Assembly: GCA_951406725.2 (NCBI GenBank) | Contig: OX597839.1 | Span: 15,934,001 to 15,998,000 of the forward strand | Direction: 5' to 3' | DNA: 64,000 nt | DNA from: Octopus vulgaris | Lineage: Eukaryota | In this document: positions 53,518-64,000 of the stretch, one piece after another | Layout of the letters: the number at the start of each line of letters is the position of its first letter | Position numbering within the stretch: position 1 is the first letter of the stretch | Made by a program: the position numbers and the translations under genes | The notes under the pieces: generated by a model | What the model saw: only the letters and a program-made list of their open reading frames with translations | The model's database searches: none | Told to the model about the DNA's origin: nothing

Positions 53518-56040
53518 CAATTAGTAAGAGGAATGACCACCAAAGTGGATTCCTATATGCTAAAAGTAGACGTCAAATCACCTTACCATGAAAAGTGTGT
53601 TCACAAGAAAAAATTTAAATATTTGATCTTCACAATGATCAGACCTAATTCTGCATTTCACTACTCACAGTTTTCAACTGCTAAACCTTATTATTGCACT
53701 TTCTTGATGCATGTACACTTTCAATGCCCATAACTCCAATAATTCTGCATTTTTCCAGTTAAATTTTCGATGACGCTACATAAATTTTTGATTCCAGAAC
53801 GTATGTGTCCCAATACAATTAACTCATACTTTGAATGATTAAAATTCTTAAAAAATGAAACCAAACTTCCACCACATTCAGTTGGGACACCCTGTATCAC
53901 TTATACTTATTGCTTATTTGCTAGGTGAAGCCTTCTTCAGCAGGTACAGCTTAGATTAAATATATATACATGAGGCAATCCAGTATATGCCCTGTACTTA
54001 TACAGTCTAATTTTTCAAATCTACTGTGCAAGTGCAGTTCCTTGTCGGCAGTAAATAAATATGCCGGATTTTCAATTCGAAAATTTTCCAGAAAAAAATT
54101 ATCAATAATTAATAATATCAATGGGTAATCTGAAATATTAGAAATTTCCATTACCAGTGTGGCCTAGCGTGTAAAAATTTAGTCAATAGACTATATATTA
54201 TTCATATAAATACAGTGTACATTTAAACACATAAGAGGTATCCATCATAGGACTACCTGCACGCTAGAGAGGACAGTTAAATTCCAAACCACTATTAGGG
54301 ATAAAATCGCGAAGGGAAGATATATATCATCATCATCTTTTAATGTCCGCCTTCCATACACACACACACACATATCTTTATATAGATAGATACACACACA
54401 GATATACATTCAGTCCTGAAACATCATTATCTGCTGCTCCCGCCAACACCATACAACAAACTTATCCAAACTTAAGAATATCATTTCATAATATAATTTT
54501 TGATAACGCAGATCCTCCCAAAAGGAGTGGATATCTGAGTCAGGGCCTCCTGGTGATATACATAAAAATACTTAAGTATCATTATGTCAGAACATTATCA
54601 AAACAAGTTTATCTTACCAACACAAAAATATCACATTGATAATATTAATTTGCAAAGAGAACTTTTTCTAACCTTCCAACTAGCAAAGATATCAATTACA
54701 GTAATAATTAAGTTCATGTGCAGAAGATGATTTGACTTCTGAGATGCCCAGATTAGATAACCTGTGTGAATACATTGTTGATCTCATAACGTTCTTAATA
54801 TTATTTGAAAGATCTTTCTGTCTGTGCAAATGTGGCTGGTAAGCAGCAAAAATTTCAAAGTGTTATAATTACATTTGGGGGACGGTACTTTGAGATGCAG
54901 CTCAGTAAGTTTGTGGAATAATTCGATTGGTGGAACTGTGGTTGTAGAAAGATTTGATTTATGTATTGATTCTGAATGGAATATTTTCATTGATACCAAT
55001 GGTAAAAAGTGAAAAAGACGAAAAAGAGAAATAGAAGCTAAAAATAATTGTAACAGGAAAGAACTGTTTATTGGTTAGATGGATGTATACAGGTGTGTAT
55101 AAATGAGTACTTTTGTGCATCTGTATTGGTATGCAGATGTGTGTTTATGTATGTATATGTACATGTGTACAATGTGTGTGTATGCATGTGTCTGTGCATG
55201 TATATATATATATATATATATTTACATATATATAAAGAACTGTGCATGTATGTATATAAATATATGTAAATATATATATATAAATAAAGAACTGTGCATG
55301 TATATATATATATATATATATGTATAAAAAATATATATAAAAATACAAAATGGGACAAGAACTCAAAACATTCAAATGGACGATACAAAAAACAGACGGA
55401 TCATATACACACATATCTATATTCATATGGGTACCTGTGTATGGATATATATCATTGATGTTTTTGCACTGGGTTTGAACTGATTACTCCCCCACCACCT
55501 AAAATTGCTGGTCCTCACTAAAAACTTGAAAAGATTATTATTATTTTTATTATCATTTCAGGTGGTGAGCTGGCAGAATCGTTAGCATGCCGGAGGGAAT
55601 GCTTAGCAGCATTTTGTCCATTTTGATGTTCTGAGTTCAAATTCCACTGAGGTTGATTTTGCCTTTCATCCTTTCAGGGTCAATAAAATAAGTACTAGTT
55701 GAACACGGAGGTCAATGTAATCAACTCATCTCCTCTCAAAAAATTGCTGCCCTTGTAGCAAAATTTGAAACCATTATTATTAGTAATAGTAAGGCAGCAA
55801 GCTGGCAGAACTGGTAGCACATCAGGCCAAATGCTTAGCAGCATTTCATCCAACATTACGTTGTGGGTTCTGCCAATGTTGACTTTACATTGTGTCCTTT
55901 TGGGGTCGATAAAATAAGTACCAGCTAAACAGTGGGGTCAATTAAATCAACTAGTCCCCTCCCCACAAATTTCAGGCCTTGTGCTTATAATAGAAAGGAT
56001 TATTATTATTGTTGTTGTTCTTCTTCTTCTTGCTTTTGTT

Positions 56041-56081
<41 letters not shown>

Positions 56082-56561
56082 CATCATTATTATTATTATT
56101 ATTATCATCATTATTATCATTATTATCATTATTATTATTAAGGTTATGAGCTGCAGAATTGTTTGCACATCGAACAGAATACTTAGCAGCAATTATTCTG
56201 GCTCTTTATTTACATTCTGAGTTCAAATTCCACTGAGAAAAAATTATCAATTATCCAGCATGGCCACAGTCAAATGACTGAAACAAATACAAGAATAAAA
56301 AAAGAATGTGTGTGTATGTAAAAAGGGAGTCACATGAATGTTTGTGTGTGTGTGTAATGGAAATGGAATGGTGAACACTCAACGCTGGAAAGAAAAATCA
56401 AGCAGCATTTCAACTCTGTGTGAGTATATGTGTGTATGTGTGTGCGTGTACAAGGGAAGTATGTGAATGTTTGTTTCTGTGATTATTATGTACCATAATT
56501 AGATATAAAATACTACAATGATCTGTCATTTTTGACAGCACGATGCTAGCTGGTTATAATA

Positions 56562-56951
56562 TTAGGTTGAGGGAAAAGTTCATGCGCCGTGTTAAAAGTA
56601 TATATTTTTGTGGTGTGTGTGTTCATTCAGTTCATGTAATGTTCAATGGTGACTCACTGTGTGTGCGACCAGGCGTTGCTCCATCTGACTATAGTCTCTT
56701 CCGATCAATGCAGTACTTTATGAAAGTCACCGATTTGAGTCATTCGATGAAGTTGAAGAAGCCTGTCAAGAATTTTTCAATTCAAAGCTGAAGGATTGCT
56801 ACTTTGACCAAATCTGAAAGCTTGCAGACCGTTGGCAGAAGATCGTGGAAAATGATGGTCATTATTTTGAAGAATATTTGTTGTTTTTGAATAAATTCTT
56901 GCATAAAAAATCATTATATTAACATGGCACACAAACTTTTCCTCAGCCTAG
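56562..56951 (+). mobile_element. Internally deleted mariner (DD34D) element
   Basis: TA-flanked TIRs TTAGGTTGAGGGAAAAGTT / AACTTTTCCTCAGCCTAG. Relic PGVAPSDYSLFRSMQ...KLADRWQKIVENDGHYFEE. Confidence 0.88.
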
Positions 56952-57234
56952 TATAATACGCTTCCTTAAACGGATTATCAGTCAGCTGCAGCGTTAATCT
57001 TAATCTGCTGCTGGTTCTTGTTTGCAGCTGAGTCAACTGCAGCAAAGTGAAATAAAGCGCTTTGCTCAAGAACACAACATGCAGCCTGGTCTGGGAATCG
57101 AAACTACGACCCTGCTATTGTGACTCTAACACTGTAACCATTAGGCCATATGTTTTTGTACTTATTTTATACATATGCATACATGCATGTGTGTGTGTGT
57201 GTTTGCACATCTGTGTCTGTATGTGTGCAAGTAT

Positions 57235-59742
57235 TGGGCAGGAAAAACTGACAGGGTTGGAGGCGTGGGTATACGTCTCGCTGAAAAACTGGTAGATAAG
57301 GTACTTGAGGTAATCAGAGTAAGTGACAGAATACTTAAGATTAGAATAGTGCTTCATCATAGATTAGCAACCATTATATCGGCCTATGCCCCTCAGCCAG
57401 GGCTACCCGATTGACAGAAAGACAGTTTCTATGACACCCTACTGCAGACCACCTCATTGACGAATGACAGGGACCTTCTCTTTGTAGCTGGTGACTTCAA
57501 TGGGCATGTTGGACGACATGCTGGGGGCTTCCATGGCGTACATGGAGGCTACGGTTATGGTTCCCGCAACGAGGAGGGAACCAGGCTGCTGGAGTTCTGC
57601 GATGCGAATAGTCTTAAGGTTTGCAACACTAACTTCAGGAAACCGACAAGCCACTTGGTCATCTACCGATCGGGCCGGCATACTAGCCAAATCGACTACA
57701 TCCTTGCCAGAAAAAGGGAAAGATGGCTGCTTATAAATGCCAAAACCTTCCCAGGCGAAGAATGTATCCCACAACATAGACTGGTAGTTAGTGACTTTAG
57801 GATCAGGACTAAGAGGACGACTAGAAGACGACCAACATGGAGAAGAAGGGTCTGGAAGCTTAAAGACCCTGCGAATGGACAGAGATTTAGAGACATGTTA
57901 CTTGAAGCCTTTGACGAAATAGAAGGGGGTATAGCTACACATGGGGTAGAAGACAACTGGACGCTTCGGAGGGACAACCTGCTGAAAGCCACTGACCAGA
58001 TCTGTGGCTGGTGCAAAGTCCCCTCAAGACCCAAAATAACGTGGTGGTGGAACAATACTGTTGACAGGGCTATTAGACAAAAGAAACAGGCTTGGAAGGA
58101 CTGGAAGAACGGTGGTAGCAGGGAAGTGTATCAGACTGCCATAAGGGAAGCTAGGAGGCAGGTGTATTTAGCCAGAGGGGAAGCAGATAAGAAAAAATTT
58201 GCCAATGTCCTGTGCCGTGAGGATGAAAGACTTGAGGTATTTCGTGTTGCAAGACAGTGTGTGAGAGAGAATCATGACGTGGTAGGAGAAAAATGTGTTC
58301 GCAAGGATGACGGTTCACTTGCGCTAAATGAGGATACAAAGAGAGAGGTATGGAGAAGCCACTATGAAAGGTTGCTGAATGAGGAAAATGAATGGGATAA
58401 AGAGAGTCTGCCGAATGTTGACCCAACAGAGGGACCAGCAATCCGAGTTGAGAGTTCTGTGGTAGTTAAGGCAATTACAAGCATGAAAACAGGGAAAGCC
58501 CCAGGCCCATCAGGAATTACTGCAGAGATGCTCAAAATATCTGGTAGTGTCGGCTATAGCCTAGTCACCCGTATAGTTAACCAGGTGATACACGAAGGAG
58601 TCATTCCCAATGACTGGTGTAGCAGCATAATAGTCTGCTACAAAGGTAAAGGTGACGGCCTAGATACAAATAACTACAGGGGTATCAAGCTGCTGGATCA
58701 GGTAATGAAGGTTACGGAGAGGGTTATAGTCCAACTAATTAGAGAGAGAGTTAGCTTAGATCAGATGCAGTTTGGGTTCGTGCCAGGGAAAAGTACTACT
58801 GATGCTATATTCCTGGTAAGACAGCTGCAGGAAAAATACCTAGCCAAAGATAAGCCCGTGTACCTGGCTTTTGTTGTCATGGAGAAAGCCTTCGACAGGG
58901 TCCCCCGATCCCTTATCTGGTGGTCAATGAGGAAACTAGGGATAGATGAATGGTTAGTGAGAGCTGTGCGAGCCATGTACAGAGATGCTGCTAGTAAGGT
59001 AAGGGTTGGCAATGAGTACAGTGAAGAATTCAGGGTAGAGGTTGGGGTCCACCAAGGTTCAGTCCTCAGTCTCCTCCTATTTATCATAGTCCTCCAGGCA
59101 ATAACGGAGGAATTCAAGACAGGATGCCCCTGGGAGCTCCTCTATGCTGATGACCTTGCTCTAATTGCTGAGTCTCTATCAGAACTGGAGGAGAAGTTTC
59201 AGGTGTGGAAGCAAGGATTAGAATCGAAGGGCCTTAGAATCAACCTAGCCAAAACCAAAGTCCTAATAAGTAGGAAGGTAGACCAATCACAAACGCCTTC
59301 AGGTAGATGGCCCTGCTCGATCTGTAAAAAAGGTGTAGGTAGAAACTCTATAAGATGCACCAAGTGTAAGCTATGGACACATAAGAGGTGCAGCAATGTC
59401 AAAGGAAGGCTAACTAGGAAAATAGTTTTTGTCTGTGGCAGATGCTCAGGAGCAATAAACACTGGAAATGTGCAGAGACCAACTTCCACCACGTTCCAGG
59501 GTTGTGGTATGCAAGAGAGACGTTTGCGCTGGTATGGTCATGTGACGAGAATGGCTGAAGATAGTTGTGTGCAAAAGTGCCACACCCTAGCAGTTGAGGG
59601 AACCTGTGGAAGAGGTAGACCCAGGAAAACCTGGGACGAGGTGGTGAAGTACGACCTTCGCACTTTAGGTCTCACCAAGGAAATGACCAGAGACCGAGAC
59701 CTATGGAAGTATGCTGTGCGTGAGAAGACCCGGCAAGACTAG
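57235..59742 (+). pseudogene. APE endonuclease-reverse transcriptase ORF, inactivated
   Basis: APE motifs SAYAPQ, GDFNGH, QIDY, QHRLV. RT motifs KAPGPSGI, NYRGIKLL, QFGF, GVHQGS, YADD (59143-59154). In-frame stop at 57412-57414, FVVMEKAFD instead of FVD, thumb segment deleted. Confidence 0.92.
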
Positions 59743-59959
59743 TGAGACCATAACCTGTGGCCTCTACCTGGTATGTAGCCAGTCGACTTATACATACCTT
59801 TCCTTCTTGGGACACAAAACTCCACTTGTGAAGACCCGTTGAGGCAAGTGAAAATCAAAATCAAAATCAAAATCAAATCAAACCAAATCAAATCAGATAC
59901 CATAAAGCAGAACCAAAATCGAGGTCGATCAACATCAATGGAAATTGCGACTGTGATAC

Positions 59960-60305
59960 CAGTGCCGGTGACAAGTAAGCGAACCATCCGATCGTGGCCG
60001 TTGCCAGCGCCGCCCCGACTGACCTCCGTGCCGGTGACACGTAAAAAGCACCATCCGTTCGTGGCTGTTGCCAGCCTCGCCTGGCCCCCGTGCCGGTGGC
60101 ACGTAAAAAGCACCATTCGTTCGTGGCCGTTGCCAGTGCCGCCCCGTCTGGCCTCCATGCCGGTGGCACGTAAAAGCACCATCTGCTCGTGTCCGTTGCC
60201 AGCCTCGCCTGGCTCTCGTGCCGGTGGCACATAAAAGCACCATCCGTTCGTGGCCGTTTGCTAGCTCCGTCTGGCTCCTGTGCGGCTGGCACATAAAAAG
60301 CACCC
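59960..60305 (+). repeat. Six ~62-66 bp tandem units in the RTE 3' UTR
   Basis: Core CGTGCCGGTGGCACGTAAAAAGCACC at ~59961, 60027, 60089, 60155, 60217 and 60279. Confidence 0.9.
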
Positions 60306-60474
60306 ACTACACTCGCGGAGTGGTTGGCATTAGGAAGGGCATCCAGCCGTAGAAACACTGCCAAATCAGACTGGGCCTGATGCAGCCTTCTGGCTTCACA
60401 GACCCCAGTTGAACCGTCCAACCCATGCTAGCATGGAAAACGGACGCTAAATGATGATGATGATGATGATGATG

Positions 60475-60507
<33 letters not shown>

Positions 60508-61075
60508 TATACACACACATATGGATTACCATCCTTAAGCACTTTCTGGTGCACAACTGCTCTGTTTGATGTTAGTGTATTATATTTCACAAGGCATTCA
60601 TTCTTTAGAGGGTAAAGTACTGTATGGGTTAAGAATCCCCCTGACTCTCTCTCTCTCTCACCATGATTGTGTGATTTTAGGGAAGAGGCAAAGTTTTCTT
60701 CATATTTCCATATTTGCCATTTTGACTTTACAACTTACATTAAAAAAATCATCTTTTTCAGCAAAACCTTTTAGCAATGACATACTGGAAAACATAGATT
60801 CAGAAAGAGCATTTTTGGTTTCAGGTTTATATTTCCCAAATTGAAATCAAATCTGCCAGAATATTCAGTAAATATTCTTTGTTTCTTTAATACAATCTGC
60901 ATTAATGGAGATAAATATATTCTTTCAGATTCCCCCCCACCACCACCACCACCACAACAACACTTCCGAGATATATCTCACACTTCAAATCTTTAATCGT
61001 ATGTTTTATTTTTTTTATCTGTTTCAGTTATTGGACTGTGCCAATGCGGGAGCTTTGCCTTGAAGGGTCAACTCA

Positions 61076-61360
61076 AACAAATCGATCCTTATTTTAATAA
61101 TAATAATAATAATGAAATTATTATATAAAGTGCTCAGGTGCACCACAATTTGTCAAATGTGCATATAAAGCATATGCAATAATGTACAAATGTCCGGGGA
61201 GTGAACAGTGTATGAGTCAGATACATGCTTGTGTGTGTATGGAGGGGAGAAAATCAGGTGTAGTGTTGGCAAATCTCAGGAAGCATGGAAGTTTTGAAGG
61301 ATGCAGTGCTCCAACAACTAACAACTGATGCCGGCAGCTTGTTCCATGCTTCAGTAACTC
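61076..61360 (-). mobile_element. CR1-like LINE 3' end with (ATT)n tail
   Basis: [26 protein letters not shown]. Related tails at 5985-6135 (+) and 40860-40920 (-). Confidence 0.8.
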
Positions 61361-61568
61361 TTATCAGTCTCTTATGCCAAACAGCTAAGTTATGGGGACA
61401 TAAACAAACCTACACCAGTTGTCAAGTGGTGTGAGGAGACAAACAAACACAGGCATATACATATGTGTGTATGTATCTATATATATAAATATATATATAT
61501 AAATATATATATATATGTATATATATATAAATATATATATTTATATATATATATATATATATGTGTGT

Positions 61569-61614
<46 letters not shown>

Positions 61615-61998
61615 GTGTGTGAGGATGTGTAAGTCATCTAAGAGTCCATAAATCAGGAAAAAATGCACTCATATATCTGTCAATAGAATGGGTATATTAT
61701 TCGAAGTGTACAGTATTATATATCCATTATGGCTGACCTTACCAATTCTTTTTCTCTCTTGCAAGTTATGTGGAAGCCTTTCTGTTACTGGTGGCACACA
61801 TTCACACAAAGAAGCACCCTGTGCACTCTGTAGAGTTGTTGACATTAGGAAGGATGTCCAGCCATAGAAACCATACTGAAGTTGACACTGGAACTCAACA
61901 TGGCTCTGCAGCTTGCCAGGTCCTGTTAAATCATCCACCTCACGCCAGAATGGAAAATGGATGTTAAATGATAATGAAGATATGTGTGTGTGTGTGTG

Positions 61999-62037
<39 letters not shown>

Positions 62038-62090
62038 CATACATGTGTGCACACATAAATCTACATACATACTTATATGTATGTATATAC

Positions 62091-62136
<46 letters not shown>

Positions 62137-62328
62137 GCTCCTGCACGCATTTTTTTTCTCTCCTTGTTTCTCTCCATGTTTCTTTTCTGTGTATCTTTCT
62201 GTTGAAGAGCGTAGGCTCGAAACGTAAAAGACTTGTTTTATTTCTATTCCTGAGCGGCATACTAATACAATTGTTTGTTTGTACTCCACCTGCCTTCGTC
62301 TTTTGTTTATTTTCGTAAAGCTTCCCGT

Positions 62329-62329
<1 letters not shown>
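62137..62329 (+). mobile_element. Penelope-like terminal repeat family B with minimal hammerhead-like motif (62194-62231)
   Basis: TCTTT-CTGTTGA-A-GAGC-GTAG-GCTC-GAAAC-GTA-AAAGA, flanked by (TA)n. Homologs at 8711-8868 and 44838-44996. Confidence 0.6.
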
Positions 62330-62410
<81 letters not shown>

Positions 62411-64000
62411 TATGCACAGGAGTGGCTGTGTGGTAAGTAGCTTGCTTACCAACCACATGGTTCCAGGTTCAGTCCCACTGTGTGGCACCTTGGGCAAGTG
62501 TCTTCTACTATAGCCTCAGGCCAACCAAAGCCTTGTGAGTGGATTTGGTAAACGGAAACTGAAAGAAGCCCGTCGTATATATGTTTATGTTTGTGTGTCT
62601 GTGTTTGTCCCCCCCAACAACGCTTGACAACCGATGCTTGTGTGTTTACGTCCCCGTAACTTAGCGGTTCAGCAAAAAAGACCAATAGAGCAGTGCTAGG
62701 CTTACAAAGAATAAGTCCTGGGACCTATTTGCTCCAGCATGGCCGCAGTCAAATGACTGAATCAAGTAAAAGAGTAAAAGCGTACATATGTATATATACA
62801 CACAAACACATATCTTCTTGAACAAATCTATGTATATGTGGGTAAGGATGGGGAGGGGTTGCCTGCATGCACACGTTTTGCGTGGGTGCCTGTGTGTGCT
62901 TTTTGCTTGCATTCTGTTGTAAAATTAAGAAGAAGCAGATAAATTCCTCGATATGGCCGTAACCGAATCCACTTGATGCTGGTATGCCTGTAGCAAGGAT
63001 AAGGTTACAGCATGAAACCTCCATTTGTATTTCGAATATATTATGTGATAACTGAAAAAGAGATACAGACTTTCTAGATGCACCATTTCTGAATGCAGCT
63101 GCACGTGTTTATGGCAGTAATGGCCTATGTTAGCAGTGATTAGATACAGGATAAAGAAGAAACACTTTAGCTCATCTCATACAGTGTGGTGATAAACAGA
63201 TATATATATATATATATGATGCTATGAATTACTGGTTTGTTCTCAGAAATGTAAATATTTTTACAAATTTGGTGTATAATGTGTGTGTGTGTGTAGTCTT
63301 GGGTATGATTTTAATCTTTAAATATTCAAGTCAACCATACCTGGCCCAAATATTCTATCTGTTTTATCTTCAAACTGGCCAGATCTGGCATGTTACATCT
63401 GCTCTACAATGTCATTCTCAGAATAAACAATCTCATGCACTGGATGTGTGGTAAGAGGTTCGCTTCCCTACCACATGGTTCCAGGTTCAGTCCCACTGTG
63501 TGACACCTTGGAAAAGTTTCTACTATAGCCTCAGGCTGACAAAAGCCTTATGAGTGGATATAGCAGGTGGAAACTGTAAGAAGCCCATCACACATGTTTG
63601 TATGTGTGTGTGTGTATGGGTGTCTATGTGCCTGAGGATTCCCCCACCACTGCTTGACAACCGGTGTTGTTTACATCCCTGTAACTTAGCAGTTTGGCAA
63701 GAGACTGATAGAATAAGTTTATTTTTTTTTGTTCCTTCTCAAGCCACACCTGGCTCATAAGGGCCAGTTTCCCGTTTTCCTTGGCGTATAGGTTTCCCCA
63801 CCTGGATGGGACACTGGTCTGTTGCAGGTGAGCTGCAAGATGCAAGAGGAAAGAGTGAGAGAAAGTTGTGGCAAAAGAGTCAGCAGAAGTTTGCCATTAC
63901 TTTCTGCCAGAGCTGTGTGGAGCTTAAGTGTTTTGCTCATTAGCACACACATCGCCCAGTCTGAGATTCGAACCTGCGATCCCTTGACCGCAAATCCACT

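Larger units (their letters stand above)
57235..60475 (+). mobile_element. RTE-clade LINE, 5'-truncated, with repetitive 3' UTR and (GAT)n tail
   Basis: APE + RT frame, 3' UTR 59743-60450, tail TAAATGATGATGAT. Confidence 0.95.

Noticed and set aside
54400-55000. Unique-looking sequence that might be an exon
   Set aside because: No sustained open frame or recognisable motif found by hand translation.
59960-60305. CRISPR-like repeat/spacer appearance (also 2029-2230)
   Set aside because: The intervening segments are homologous to each other, the context is a eukaryotic retroelement, and there are no cas genes.
57696-60421. Antisense and 3' UTR ORFs over the RTE element
   Set aside because: Shadow frames of the RT ORF and of GC-rich tandem repeats.

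Overview
This is eukaryotic, AT-rich, microsatellite-dense DNA. The SINE, RTE-LINE and (TA)n/(CA)n landscape suggests an octopod cephalopod (inference). There is one convincing host coding exon on the minus strand (20775-22264). It encodes five N-terminal zinc fingers plus a C-terminal Ikaros/Hunchback-type finger pair, and a CpG-rich candidate promoter/first exon lies near 39.4 kb. The rest is mostly mobile DNA: a 5'-truncated, inactivated RTE LINE with a PHD-like insert (57.2-60.5 kb) and many of its 3' tails, Rex3-like and CR1-like LINE relics, three tRNA-derived SINE families, Tc1/mariner relics, Helitron-type elements, MITEs and a probable solo LTR. The most notable signal is non-coding. 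A near-perfect 362-bp tandem repeat (45189-46049) carries a complete type I hammerhead ribozyme fold in each full unit, with a compensatory U3-A8 core, which is a retrozyme/Penelope-pLTR-like architecture. Several other minimal hammerhead motifs end at (TA)n tracts, and about ten unrelated fold-back palindromes are scattered through the window. Repeat boundaries were read by eye and are approximate unless termini are quoted. Most short ORFs in the track are microsatellite artefacts.
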